Source: Blepharisma stoltei ATCC 30299 (taxonomy: Eukaryota; Protista; Ciliophora). From it: 64,000 nt of DNA. Positions 13,103-26,761 of this stretch are shown one piece after another. The stretch covers positions 372,001 through 436,000 of the forward strand of contig CBFDEM010000003.1 in NCBI GenBank assembly GCA_965603825.1, given 5' to 3'. Position 1 is the stretch's first letter. Each line of letters opens with the position of its first letter. The notes beneath the pieces are model-generated. The model saw only the letters and a list, made by a program, of their open reading frames with translations, made no database searches and was not told the DNA's origin. A program made the position numbers and the translations under genes.

Positions 13103-14410
13103 ATGGAGCCTAAGATCCTATACATTATGATCGATGGACTCGCCGATGTTTCAAATGCGTCAATTAACAACAAAACCTATCTTCAATACTCAAAAAAGCC
13201 TACTTTAGACAATTTGGCAAATGCTGGTTTAACTGGACTTATAGATCCTGTGGAGACTGGCTTAGCTTGTGGTAGCGATGTTGCTCACATGTCTATTTTT
13301 GGCTATGAGCCTTTTAAAAATTATCAAGGAAGAGGGTCATTTGAAACATTAGGAGCTGGGCTAGATCTTGGGTATGACGATATTGCTTTCAAATGCAACT
13401 TTGCTACTTTGGATCCTGAAAGTGGATTAGTTACAAGAAGAAGAGTATCAAGACAATTTTATAAATGGGGTTTGGATTTATGCCGATACTTAGACGATCG
13501 AGAAATTCCTGGTTATCCCGGATACAAAATTAATGTCTTGCATGCTACTGAGCATAGATGTGGCCTGAAAATCGTAGGTCAAAATCTATCTCACCAAATC
13601 GAAGGAACTGACCCATTAAAGGACAATTTACCCTTAAGAGAAGCAAAAGCATTAGATCCCAATGACAGAAACGCAGTGAATTCCGCAAATATTGTAAATG
13701 CTTTAAGTCATTGGATCTATGAAGAACTATCAAAGCACCCAATTAACCAAGAAAGAGTAAGAGAACACAAGCCTCCAGCAAATATCCTGCTTCTAAGAGG
13801 ATGCGGAGTCAAATTAAGAGTCCCTACATTCAGAAATAAGCATAACCTAAAATCATTTTTTATCGCACCAACAGCTATTATTAAAGGCCTAGCTATGACT
13901 CTCGGAGCTGACGTAATTAATGTACCAGGAACAACTGGGGATATACATAGCAATTTTCAAGCGAAATTCGACAGAGCTATTGAGCTATTTAGAGAAGATT
14001 ACGAGTTTGGCTTTGTCCACATAAAAGCAATTGATGATTTAGGACATGATAAAAATCTTGATGATAGGATCACTATGATAGAAAACATTGACAAAATCAT
14101 TGGTGGCACCTTAAAAACCTTAGGAGAAACTTATAGTGATATGATAGTTGTAGTTGGCGGAGACCACACCACAAATATACATATTGGAGATCATAGCTTT
14201 GAGCCAGTTCCTTTTATAGTAACAAGGCTGGAGATTTATAAAGCTCTAACAAATGGAGAAGATATCAGCAGAGAAGCATTAAGAGACAATGTCCAGGCTT
14301 TTAATGAAATTGATTGTGCGAAAGGAGTACTTGGGAGGTTTCCAGGAAGCGAAGTTATGGAATTTTTGAAAAATTTAAGACAGAGAATTAAACAGATTAA
14401 TAGTAGTTAA
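13103..14410 (+). CDS. apgM: 2,3-bisphosphoglycerate-independent phosphoglycerate mutase, archaeal/ApgM type
   Basis: IDGLAD, ACGSDVAHMSIFGY, GRGSFETLGAG, HIKAIDDLGHD, GDHTT, HSFEPVP motifs. Confidence 0.9.
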   Translation: MEPKILYIMIDGLADVSNASINNKTYLQYSKKPTLDNLANAGLTGLIDPVETGLACGSDVAHMSIFGYEPFKNYQGRGSFETLGAGLDLGYDDIAFKCNFATLDPESGLVTRRRVSRQFYKWGLDLCRYLDDREIPGYPGYKINVLHATEHRCGLKIVGQNLSHQIEGTDPLKDNLPLREAKALDPNDRNAVNSANIVNALSHWIYEELSKHPINQERVREHKPPANILLLRGCGVKLRVPTFRNKHNLKSFFIAPTAIIKGLAMTLGADVINVPGTTGDIHSNFQAKFDRAIELFREDYEFGFVHIKAIDDLGHDKNLDDRITMIENIDKIIGGTLKTLGETYSDMIVVVGGDHTTNIHIGDHSFEPVPFIVTRLEIYKALTNGEDISREALRDNVQAFNEIDCAKGVLGRFPGSEVMEFLKNLRQRIKQINSS

Positions 14411-14551
14411 ATAGAAATCTTGTCAGATTAAATTTATATAATCAGCCCAAATATATACAATAGATGCATAAGCTAGGTATTCTCATAAGCTAAACGACTT
14501 TTCTGATTCAAATAGTCCATAAAAACGGTTAATCCTCTATTATTTGTAAAA

Positions 14552-17500
14552 ATGCTCAAACGAATCGGATGCGGGCTCAATCACAGTGTCTGCGTTCTCG
14601 AAGATGGCAGCGTCTACGTATGAGGCTTATCTAAAAATGACGAGCTCGGAGTCCCTGAACTAAAAGGTTTTGCTCAATACACCCCTTACTCTTTTGACAC
14701 CTCATCAGACGAATCCCATTATTCCGCAATTGAAGTGGCAGTAGGAGATACCCACACTGCTTTATTGATTAGAGATGTATCATTACCTCCCTTAAAACTT
14801 ATTTATTCAGCTGAAATACCTATATCCAAGATCTTTAATCAAGTTTTAGAATCCGTAAAAACGAAATGTGTCACTATGTCTAATTATCACACACAGAAGT
14901 GAAAAGGAGCTAAAGCCATCAGCAGGGAAAAAGTTGCAGCCTTTTTCAATGAATTTTTAACGAACGAAAATGAAGAAATAATCCAGGAAATAACTGATTT
15001 ATTGATGACAAAGGCTGACCAAAACGGAAAAATCTTATATAAAGAACTCAGAGACCAATTATATGGGTTCAGAGTTGACGATGGAAGAGTGATGACTTGG
15101 GGCTGCAAAGATAACGGGAGACTGGGGAGAGGCGACCCTAGAGAAATGGAAAATTCAAAAGAAAGGCTCGCACATCTCCCTGAAGAGATTTCGATTACTA
15201 AAATCAGTTGTGGAGGACAGCATACGTTAGCTATATCAATGGGGAGAAAATTATTTTCATGGGGTGCGAATGCATATGGACAGCTTGGCACTGGCAATAC
15301 TAAAGACCAATTTATCCCAGTGCAAGTTACAATAGAAGCTGAATATCTAGTTGACATAGCTGGAGGAGGTTCTCATTCACTTGCACTAGATAACGAAGGA
15401 AATGTGTATTCATGGGGTTTAGGAGAAGGTGGACGCTTAGGCCATGGAGAAAGCAATCTTGAGCTCTTCCCAAGAAAAATTAGAACCCTTGATGACGTTG
15501 AATCAATCGCAGCTGGACATTCGCATTCTGGATGCATTAGAAAAGGAGAAATCTATACCTGAGGAGTTGGGACTTATGCCCGATTAGGCCATGGAACTTT
15601 AAACAACGAATTCAGTCCAAGAGCTTTAGACTTTTTCAAAGGCCGCTACATGTGGAAGCTCTGCTTGTCCTTTTTCCATTCAGCTGTGCTAGCTATGAAC
15701 GGAGAAGTCTGGGCATGAGGAAATTCAAAAAATGGAAGACTTGGTGTACCCAGTTCAAGTGGAGAAAATCAGCTGATCCCTGTAAGGGTTGGCATGGGCA
15801 CTATGATGGGGGCAGTCAAAATTGTCGACGTTGCTCTAGGCTATAAGCATGGTTTAGCTCTATCCAAAAGAGGTCAACTTTTTGCCTGGGGGGATGGTTT
15901 AGATGGCAAACTTGGTATAAACTCCAAAGCTTTAGAAGAGCCGATCCCTAAAGAAGTAAAACTCCCCAAAGTCCACAGCAAAAAAAAGGAAGGGAAATTA
16001 GACTTTATGCCTTTAAAGTCTACAGCAGTTTCTTCAGTATACTGTGGAGATTTTAATTCGTATTGTTTAACAAATGCAGGAGAAGTGCTTGCCTGGGGAT
16101 CCAATGCAAAAGGACAGCTTGGAAATAAGCCTTCAAATGAGCCTGACCAAAGTGGAGATGAAATAGAAGAAGATGAGCCTGAATATACAAATGATATAGA
16201 AAGAACAATGCCGAGGCCTGCTTCACAATTTAAAGGCCGTAATAGTTATACACCGCTGCTAATGGATGTATTTAGAAAAGAAAAGTTCAGGCTTCTTGCA
16301 TCGTCTGGAGAATATGTCCTTGCATTAGGAGTAAATGGAAAAGTTTGGGCATGGGGAACGAATGAGCAAGGACAGCTGGGTATTGGATATAGTGAAAGCA
16401 CAAGAGTTATTAGAAGACCTGTGATGGTGGCTGCATTCAAAAGAATTGATATAAAATTAATTGCAGCAGGCCCTTATCATTCAGCTTTTTTAGCTGATAA
16501 TGGAGAAGTATATATGACTGGAAGTGCAGAATATGGAAAACTTGGCCTTGGTGATGGCGTCTTGACAGGAAAAAGCTCAATTCAATATATACCAAGAATG
16601 GTGCTTGGCTTACCTAATGTAAAAAACATCTCATGTGGCGTCACACATACAGCAGCTCTTGATTATTCTCACCATCTCTGGGTATGGGGAAGTGGCTGGT
16701 TTGGAAAACTCGGACTTTCTGACGCAATAGACCGTGTTGTCCCTACCCTTGTAGATTTTAAGACCTTTCAGCCCCCATCTCAGACTGGTTTAAAAGAAGT
16801 TGCATGTGGAGAGCATTATACTTTAGTTTTGTCCCTTGATGGCTATGTATATGGAGCTGGACTTGCTAAATTTGCAGGGCTGCAAATGGTTGGCTCAAAT
16901 GAAGCTATTTCTTTCCAAAGAGTGGTCAAAATTGCGAGTGCTGTAAAAGCCATATCAGCTGGAAGAGACCATTCATTAGCTGTTACTAAAAGAGGACAAA
17001 TTTATGGATGGGGAAAAGTAACTTCAGGAAAACTCGGCCCAGGACCATTTGTATATGTTGCAGATGACCCAACTGTAGCCTTGCCAGGACAGCTGATTAT
17101 GTCACATGATACGGTGTTTGAAAGGGCAGTCTGTGGAAGTAATCATTCATGCGCTTTAACAGTAGATGGCGATGTGTTTGTATGGGGTAGCACTGGGTCT
17201 GGGAGACTTGGACTGGCTTATATTGATGACCCTGAAATAAAAGTGCCTCAAAAGCTATATGGTGTTAATAAATGGCTATCAGAAAATAAAGAAATTGCCG
17301 AAACACAAGTTGATGATGTTGAAGAAGGAGACAATGAATATTTTTTGCAGACTTTAATAAAAAATGAGCCCGCGGAAAACTCTGAAGAAACTTTATTACT
17401 GAATGACCAAAAAATCATATCAAAACTTGACAATTTATTGATGATGTTTGACAAGGTAAGAGAAGTAGAGCTTGAAAGGACAAATTCTCTGAGCTACTTA

Positions 17501-20113
17501 GAAAGCTTAATCGTTGCTAAAATTGAAAAAATGCCTCAAGTCGGAACTCCGCTCTTTAAACTTACCTTACCTCCTATCATCTCCAAAAATATCCAGCTTT
17601 ACGAATATTTATTAGGCTGTCTCCAAAGCCACCCTTGCTACCTAGGCAGTATCATTGAAAAAAATCCAAACTTGCCAAGCACTCAGCTTGCAGACATCAT
17701 CAATGGCATATACGGTAACATGAAAAACGACCCTATAAAAATGCGAAGACTTATGCTTCTTTATAAAATCGCTCTCACAATCTCAGTCGGAAAATCAGAT
17801 TTCAAAAGATCACTAAAAGTCAAAGCCAGCGACATTGCATCAGAAATTTACTTTAAGCTCCTCAGAAGTCAGCCTACAAACATCCAATTCATTTCAGGCC
17901 TCGCTGCAGAAATAATGAAGCTCGTCTACAAAGCCAGCAAAAATAGTGTAAAAAAAGACAAGCCCAAAGTTGTAAAAGAAGTTTTTGTACGAAAACCATC
18001 CCAAGCTTCTTCAAATAAAGGAAGCAATGAAGAAAACAAGACAGATGAAGATCATGGCAGCGCGCCTGAAGCTCCACCTCAAGACGAAATCAGAAGTCAG
18101 CCTGAAGAAATTAAAAGCCAATCAGAGGAAGATCCTCAGAATATCCGTATGGCGACTAATGAAGCTGTTGACCATGAAAAACACATGGATGAAAATAGAG
18201 TTATTGATGAATCAATTCCTGAAGTAGAAAGAATGAAAATCAAGGACGCTCTGAATTATAAACAATTAGAAGAACTAGGAGAGCTTCCATATGAACTGCA
18301 AATAGTACTAAAAGAAAGAATAAGCCTGTTTAAGAAAACTGCTGGAAAAGCAAGAAAGCTTATTTATCAAGTATTAAGTCATAGTCCAAAGGTGAGGAAA
18401 CGGTTTTCAGCTACACAAAAACTGTCAAATGAAGTAAAGTTCATGTATAAGGATATTCCGTCTGTCTTTTTAGAGCATTTTCCTTCACAATGTAATACCA
18501 TTGAAGGCAAAGCCATTTTGGATTCAAAAATAGTTTCGCTGTTCTTTTTACCATTAGTGGAGCTGCTGAAAGAGCCTTATCAATTGAAAAGAATGGGGAT
18601 TGAAGAATTTAATAACTCTTTTCGTAAAAAAGGAGCAGGGCCAAAAGATGAAGCCGGGCTTAAAATAAGTTTCAATGAATTTATAACACTATATGGAAAT
18701 AACGTGAAACTCATTGCTGAAGATTTAGAGAAAGTTGCTGAAAGAGCACAAGGATATGTGGTAGATTTTGATGAATATAGGAAATCTTTGGTTGATGAAT
18801 TAATTAATGTCCCTGATTTAAATTTGCAGGATTTGTCGTTAGCTGACCTTTTCACTCAATGTTTGGCAGCAGAAGACCCAAATCTTACAATAAAGGTCTG
18901 CGATATTGCCAGTATTCATTTGCTATTACTACAACACTTAGATATACTAAAAGAATCGTTTTCTGAGGATGATCCTGTTGTCTTGATTATTGAAAGCTTC
19001 GGAGATATCACTGAGCTATATAAGAAAATCCTAAAAAGTGATACAAAGGATATAAAAATGAACTTAAATCTGCCAATAAGATGACTGCTAAGAGAAAGAG
19101 GAATCCAAACATGCCCAAAGTGCAAAAGTCCTTTAACTTATTCTTTATTGAAAAATAAGCCTCCAGAAGACCGCGTAGATGAGCCTACTACTGTTACAAA
19201 ATTGTGGAACTGCTGGAGCTGTGGGAACACTCAAGATGGGTGACACATGAAATGCTTAGAGTGTGAAGCTGTCAGGCGTGAATTCCCAATTGAAGCTTTA
19301 ATTAACTGTTTCAGGCCGTTTTACAATAGTAAAGAACTTCTTGCCTTCGTAAATATTTTACATGACATCCCAAGAATTCCTCCAAAAATCACTCCCCATA
19401 AATTTATGAAAAATATTGTGGAAAAAGATAAAAGTGATTTTTCAATGGCTCACAAAATAAATGGTTTTTTCAGGTCCATTTTAGATAATAAGCCAATTGA
19501 AAAGACAGAGGATGAAGCTATTGAAGACGCTATAAAAGACTTTGAAATTCAAGCGAAGCACGAATACGACTTGAGAACTGGGCATAGAGCTTATCTAGAC
19601 TCTATAAATCAAATGCTGCTTGAAGTAGAAGAAGAAATAAGGCTAGGATGTAACCAATTTCAGCAGAACACAAGAACAATTTTAAAGCAAGCCTCTCTTG
19701 CAATTAAAACTGGGAAAAATACATCTGAGGTAAAATTTAATGACGCAAGTACTAATAAAAGAGCACAAGGAAGGTTTAATATTGACTATTTGAAGAAGAA
19801 AAAAATTTTAATTAATATGAATGTCCCACCTGCTGTTATGAAAAACACGATATTTTTATTTACAGAGACTGAGACTGGGTCTTTTGATGTAAAAGTAGTC
19901 CTTGTGGAAAATAGAAATTATATTTGTTTGCCGAGAGCTCCAATTGAAGTGAAATTAATGGGATTTGAAATAGAGCCAGATAAGTTGAAAGCGATGAGAA
20001 GGACTATGAACTTTAGAGCTGAGACTTCATTTCTTGATGGAAAAGTTAGCTTTAACGTATTTCAGCTTGTTAGGCTGCTAGGCAGCTTGCTAGGGAAATG
20101 CAAACAAGAGTAA
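14552..20113 (+). CDS. About 1853-aa RCC1-repeat protein fused to an IQGAP/RasGAP-like region, a RanBP2-type Zn finger and a RasGAP_C-like tail
   Basis: Single frame with TGA at 14621, 14900, 15560, 15716, 19082 and 19241 (for example VYV-W-G, IYT-W-G). Many RCC1 repeats. YEYLLGCLQSHPCYL and KVSFNVFQLVRLL resemble IQGAP motifs. Confidence 0.8.
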
Positions 20114-20326
20114 AAATATTAAAGAAGTTTAATTAACTGATAAATCTTATTAAAATAAGACACTTGGCTTGAATACATTTTATTGATTAAAATCGTGCTT
20201 ATGATATAGAAATATTGAAATTGTTTGAAATGATTAATATAAATTTAAGCAATATAATGATGATAACAAAATTCATAAATAATTAAATTAAAGGATATAT
20301 CCAAAATATTTATTTTAAAATTCTAA

Positions 20327-21037
20327 CTATCGATTTGCAATTTTTTTCAAAAATTGATATCTCTCAGGAGCAATCTTCGGTTCACTTTCTTTTAAATCCA
20401 AAGTAGAAAGAGAATTTGAAATAACTCTATACCTTAATAAACTGTGATTTGCTTTATTATCAGCCATTTCCCCTGCGTCAATATTAAACGCAGTGACAGC
20501 TCGAGGTATTTCATATTCAAAATATACTTTTTTCGAGTTTTTATCAGCAGAAGTTTCATTATTTCTTTCCTGGTCAAAAATTTTTGAAAATTCTCTTTTT
20601 GGCAGTTTTCTATGAGAGCTGGATCTTCCGCTTGATAAAGAAAGGGATGGTTTATGGTTTAAAACATTTTGATGCTCATTATTATATTTCATGTCTTTAA
20701 CTCCATGACCTCTTTCTCCTAAAGAAATTTGTTTAAGCTCTTTTATTGATAGTGGATCAAATTCTCGTCGTCTGATCACTGATATAACTCTATTCGAATT
20801 TACTCTCCTATATATTATTAATGGTTTTGGCTCACTTTTATTTGTCTCTTCTAATTTTTTCCGTAATTGACTGCTCTTTTTACTAGGTGGCTCTTTAAAT
20901 CATGGCCCAAAGCTAGAATCCTGATTAAGGTTCTCTTCTTTAAGTTTCGTTGAAAAGCTGTTTCTGAATATATTGATTGACTTGAATAAATACGCTTTTT
21001 TATCTTCAGCGATTTTCCTTAAGTTGCCACTCGACAT
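20327..21037 (-). CDS. Hypothetical basic protein (about 236 aa)
   Basis: ATG at 21037 is in frame with ORF 20327-20779 through one TGA. No motif recognised. Confidence 0.6.
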
Positions 21038-21097
21038 ATATTTTATAATATTTATAAATTTGATATATAATTGACGTATTAGTCTTAATAAATATGT

Positions 21098-23908
21098 CTA
21101 TGGCAAAATTAAAATACGGCCTTCCCACTTTTTCTCAAACTCAGCTCCTTTTATGACTACAGATGGAAGCTGTAATGTTCCTGCTTCAATACCAAAAATG
21201 TTTATATTAAACGTTTCTTCTGCCTGTGCTGCTAAAACGAACTTTAAGCTTTCAATCCCTCCAATCATAAAAGCTGACACTTGCTCTAATGAAAGCTTTA
21301 TTTCCATGTCGTCATTTGTCTTATTTTTTATAATTATTTTCATTTCGAATAGCTGCTGGACTGAAAATATAGAAGGGACTATAACTTTCAAATCCACAGG
21401 GGATTCTTTAACTTCTTTATTAGGTAGAGGAATGCGACAATAGCTTTTTGGACCTCCAGGTCTAATAGAAAACTGATAAGGGGTAAAAACTGGGACATCT
21501 AGATCATAAACTTCTTCTGACTTATACTGCAAATCGTCTTCTGCTTTTACAGAGTACCTAAGTTTCACCTTCAAATCATAGGTTTTTTCTTCACTAAATA
21601 AAAATTTCAACGGCAGAACATATTTTTCAGTCAAATTCGGCAGAATAATCCCGCCTGGAGTGTAGTCTTCAGGCTCATCTTTTGCTACGACAACTGAGAA
21701 GCTGTTTTCAGTTTCTCTATCAATGCTAGGCCTACGGATGGATTTTTCTTGTTCATCGTCAATAGTTTCTTCTACAATTATAAGTTTGCCATTAGTAATT
21801 TCGGCTTCTCTATTTAGAATTTACGGGTTAAGGGTAATTGTAAGAGGGTAGTATTCAGAAATTAAAGCTGGAGGTGAGTGCTGAAAGGTAGGGAGTAGCT
21901 TGGCTGGAGGAGGATTTACATAGAGTTTTGCTAAAGTGTCAACTTCTAATGCAATCATGCTCATTGCTACAGGCTCATATGTGAGGACGACTTTTATTAG
22001 CTCAATCACAGACACCAATCCGCTTTTTACAAGGATTCTATGTGATACTAGTCTAGGCTGGCCTGGAATAAGTGATATTGTCTCTTCAATATCTCTATTA
22101 AAAGAGCTATCAGAAAAAATCAAACTGATTTTTACAGGCTCTAAAATTTCAGGAAAGCTGCTTACCAGTTTTATTTCAAGAAATGTAGGATGGTAAGTCG
22201 ATATTTTTTTTGGTTTAAAGCAGGCTTCTAAACTTATTAAATTTTCTGGGCATTTCATTCTGACTTGAAGCATCTGTGCTGATAATATTTTTTTAATTTC
22301 TTGAAATGATTCGGCTGATTTTGAGCTGTCTACGCTTGCACAATGCAAAAGCCATTGTAGGTTTTCTTCAGTGTTTTCAGTAGAAGAGCTTAATAGACCT
22401 TTAATTAATGAAGCCAAAAGGGTTGTCCACCCATCAAGCTTTTTCCATAACTCTACTTTGACTTTATAGCTAATATCACCTTGTCCAGTTCTCATATAAA
22501 GTTCGGAAAGCCAATATGAAATATGTGCAGCCATCCTAGGCATCATAATAATTATTTTATAAAATTTCAGCGCCCTTGTGAAATAATCAGTGGCTATTGA
22601 AATATGGTCGACTTCAGCTTCTTCAAGGGTTTTAATGATATTCATTTGGTCAGTTAAGCTGATTCCTTCAATCATTTCATTTTGGTTTGGGTGGGAAATT
22701 AAAGTTTTGGCTTGGCCTACATATTCAGGGTCTTTTACTCTGAGCCCAGTATTTTCTATAAATCCTTTCCAGTTTATTACTGACTGCATAAATTCAGGGT
22801 CTTCAACAGTGATATGGGAGCGGTTTAAGAAATAAATGGCTGAGGTCTGGAAATAAAAGGCTGGATGTGTCCAGAAATTGTCCTTTTCTAATATTTCTTG
22901 AGGAATATTGTCAATAAGAGTGCCAAAGCGGCCATATTGTTCACTCAGCCATTTTCATTGCTCAAAAGACATGATGTCTTTATGCTTGTTAATTTTGTAT
23001 TGAACTAAATGGTTTTTAAAGACAGTTATCGCTTCTTTGAGTCTTGATATCAATTGAGGCGGGCTTAAGAGGATTGATAAAATCCTATGAGCAGTCCAAT
23101 CTGCTACAGTTCTTATTTCCTCAGCATGCGAGATGTCATTTGTTCCCATTTCCTGCAGCTCAAAATAAGCTTTTTTATAGTGGTTTAAAGCGGCTTCTTT
23201 ATCCTGCTTAAGCTCACATAAATATCCAAGCTTAAAATTGTACCTTATTTGCAGTTCTATGAAATTTCCACTGATTTCTTTCTGTGCTCGGCTTTTTAAT
23301 TTTTTTAGTCTTTCGATTTCGTCCTTATAATGGGCACTTGAGCTCTCCCAAAGGTATTTTTTGAATTTTATCATCCTAGAATCATTTTCGTCTAAGCTGA
23401 TTCTAGCGAGAAATATTCCTTTACTGTCGATTTCGCAGGCTTTTTTAATGAGAGATCCTTTGTCTTCTAATGGGTTATCATCATTAGGACTCAAAATAGC
23501 TAAAACAGCAATTTTCACTAGTCTTCCTCTAAGCTGGTCTTTAAATCTGCGCACATATCTAGCAATGGTAGCTTCTTTAGATTTCCAATCTTGAGAATCT
23601 AATTGTGGAGAGTCAGGTGATAGCCCTCCCCAATCAAAAACAATAAGAAGGACTGAAGGAATGACTTTCTTGCATTTGGTAGTCCAGTTAAGCTTAAGTA
23701 TTCCTTTATTGGTATATCTTTCAAATGATTTATTTTCACTTCTTATCTTGAATTCATGGTTGAAGTCAACAAATTCTGATTCCAGTCGCTGCTCGATAGT
23801 GCTGCTTATTAGTAATTTCGAAAGAAGTTCTTGGATCCTTGACCCACCTACAATCGTTACAACTGGGCGAATATTTGGCACTCGTACTGATTGAGGAAGA
23901 TCACCCAT
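21098..23908 (-). CDS. TRAPPC11: TRAPP complex subunit 11 (foie gras/gryzun)
   Basis: KGILKLNW..K, IPSVLLIVFD, IRYNFKLG.LCE..QD, HPAFYFQ motifs. TGA at 22955 read as W; 15-nt intron 21810-21824. Confidence 0.85.
21810..21824 (-). other. 15-nt intron GTAAATTCTAAATAG
   Basis: GT-AG ends, A at position 10; removes TAA and joins 21821-22789 to 21098-21634. Confidence 0.85.
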
Positions 23909-23951
23909 TTATAAATTACTTAGAAAGTAAAGATTTACATTGATAATGTGT

Positions 23952-25844
23952 CTATAAGATTCCGTTGCTGTATCGTTGAAATGCGTCGTACCTTCTTGTT
24001 CTCCAGTTATTGGCTGCGCTTGCTACCAAGTTGTCAATTAAAGTCATACATTTTTCATCAGTTTTGCTTAAGTGAAACCTTTCTCGGAATTCATTGACCG
24101 CTTTATCGAAGTCTCTAAAGCACGGGAATTTTCTGCCAGCCATCATAATAATCAAGATCTCAAGCTTATCAACATGCTTTCTTAATTCTAAAAATCCTTG
24201 CAAAAGTAAAATTTTATAGTATCTGAACATTTCACTATCCATTCCTCCCATTAGTTCAATCATTTCTTTAGTCAGCTTAAATGGTGCAGTCTCAAAATTA
24301 ATGTTTCCTCCAGGACTGTTTGTGAAAAAGAACCCAAAATCTATATGAATGATATGTCCATACCCATCAATAAGGATATTTCCGTTATGACGATCTTTGA
24401 TATTTAATATATAACAAAGAAGTGAGTAGCCAGCTAAGCTGTCAATAAAGTTTTTCTGGGCTTCTTCAAAGTTGTTAGGCCATGTTGATAAATAAAAATT
24501 CAAAAGCGACGTGTAGTTTTTTGAATTTTTTTTAATAGCATGAATTGAAAGCGTATCAGGGACATATTCAATCATTCCTGTATTGTGAGATATAACCAAA
24601 ATATCATATGGTCTTAAATATATTGATAAGAAGGCTTCATCAAAAATAGTTTTAAACTTTTTGATAAACTGCATTGCAAGATACTCCTGCCGAAGATCGT
24701 CAAGTCCTTTCACAATAATGGCTCTTAGTTTCCAGGACTCATAATTCGAAAACTGAGAAGTATTTTTGATTCTTTGAGTAATACCTGATCAAGGTTCTCC
24801 TCAAGGGTTATCAGGGGCACTTGAATTGCTTAAGTTATTTTCAGTGTCGTCAATAGCATTATTTCCTTCTCTTTCTGTCTTCTGTACTTCTTCAACATAG
24901 TCTTCGAAGCCTTGAAATCTTTCTTCATCTTTATTGACCATTTTGTCGACTTGACTTACATCAATGTCTTCTACTTCATGCTCCATTGCATTATTAATGT
25001 CATTGGTCCCTTCATGGCTATTTTCTGTTACTATTGGCTCGATTTCACTCATATCAACTGTCTCTATTAAAAGTTTATAAGGAACTCTTGCCTTCGTACT
25101 GAAGCAGCTAGACTCATCACTTATTATCCTTACTATCTGATACACTCCTGAATCTGTATTTTCCACAAACTTAAAAGGTATAATAATCCCTCTAAACATC
25201 CTTCTCGTATACTCCGAATAAATCCCCTCATGGTATTTTTGCTTTGTTTCTTTTATTCAGCTATCCATCCCAGACAGCCAATTTTTCAACTTTTCATCTC
25301 TTTGCTCCAGCGGGATCATCAAAAGCGCAACAGAGATTTTGCACAGCAAGCCAATAGCTTTTTGCTGATAATTAAAATAGTCATTCCTAATGCTTTTTCT
25401 TGAAAATTTTTCCATCTCTGTCTCTTCTATATCAAGATGAAATAAGTGTGGAGTTTCTACATTGTGATTTTGCTTTGGCAGGGTCGCATTGACAATGACC
25501 ATTTCTAGATCATGTCCTATCCGTTCCAGCTTCTCCTGTTTATTCGCAATCCTATCATTTAAAGCTCCATTCAAGAATCAGTAAAATTTAATTGCAAAAT
25601 CATGCGACTTTATGCTGGTTTCCAAAAAAAATCTTTCTAAATCCTCAGAATCCTGCCGATTTATCATAAGATTCATAAGCTGAGGGATATAAAAAGAAAT
25701 ATCATCGATAGGAAACGTATATAATTTATTGACCAAAAAACTGTGGATCCCTGACTCTTCACGTCTCTGCAAATAATATAGAAGATGCTCTAGCTGAAAA
25801 TACTCTGAATTAAACAGCCGTAATAGAGAGCCATCATTTGACAT
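23952..25844 (-). CDS. PI4KB: Phosphatidylinositol 4-kinase type III beta (Pik1-like)
   Basis: LLRLFNSEYF, FYIPQL, DDLRQE, KDRHNGN, IHIDFGF. Four ORF pieces are joined by TGA at conserved Trp positions (FY-W-FL, P-W-GEP-W). Confidence 0.92.
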
Positions 25845-25886
25845 GCTAGAGATTAATTAGGAAATATTATTTTCATGATAATTAAA

Positions 25887-26753
25887 ATGGAATTAAATTC
25901 TTATTTGATTGAAATAAAGACAGCAGCAATTACGTCATATGATATTTTATTTAATACAAAGAAAACGGCTTCGCCGTTTAGGATTATTGCAGGGGTTATT
26001 TTAGAATGTGGAAGATGTACGTCAGCTTATACTAGAGGGATGTCAGTGGTCGCATATTTGCCGAGTTCATTGAATTTAGAAATGGTAAGGGGTGGGGAGT
26101 TTGTGTCGGCTTATATACCTGAGCTTTATTTAATAAAGAAACCGGTTGAGCTGTCTTATGAAACAGCTGCTATTGGAATTGCTAGTGGGATTAGAGCACT
26201 TACGGCTTTGCATTACTGTTTAGGAGTTTTAGAAGGAGAAAACATTTTAATTATAGGAAGCCCAGACCTTGTCCCAATTCATATAGCAAACTCATTAGGC
26301 TTGGTCACTTATTTTACAGGAAAAGATGACATAAAAGCTAGATCACATTATATACAAGATTTCCCATTTTCTTTAATACAAGAAACAGGCGGGCTAGGGG
26401 TTAATCATATTTTAGATTTTTCTCTATCACATTCTGCTGAACATAAAATAAATATCATAAGCTGTTTAGGACTCAGAGGAAAATGATGCATATGTGACCC
26501 AAATTTGCAGCTTGACCCTCCAGAAAGCTACCAACTTTATATGAGAAATTCAAGCTTGTGCTATTTCAATGAAGATATTTGGACACATAATGGAGTTGAG
26601 CATGGGAAATTTGTACATCTAATGAATTTAACTTTAAATAGACTAAAATCAGGCATTTTTGAAGCAAAACCACAAAGAACTTATTTAGTAAATCAAATCC
26701 ATGAGGCGCTTACAGATTTCACGAGCGATCTTATTTTAATTAAATCTTCATAA
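25887..26753 (+). CDS. CRYZL1: Quinone oxidoreductase-like protein 1 (CRYZL1 family)
   Basis: ETGGLGV..ILD and IISCLG..GK-W(TGA)-CICDPNLQLDPPES. Alternative ATG at 25875. Confidence 0.75.
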
Positions 26754-26761
26754 TCATAATA

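Noticed and set aside
13103-14410. Archaeal-type iPGM as recent horizontal transfer
   Set aside because: ApgM-type enzymes are known in diverse eukaryotes and the composition matches neighbouring genes; no support without a phylogeny.
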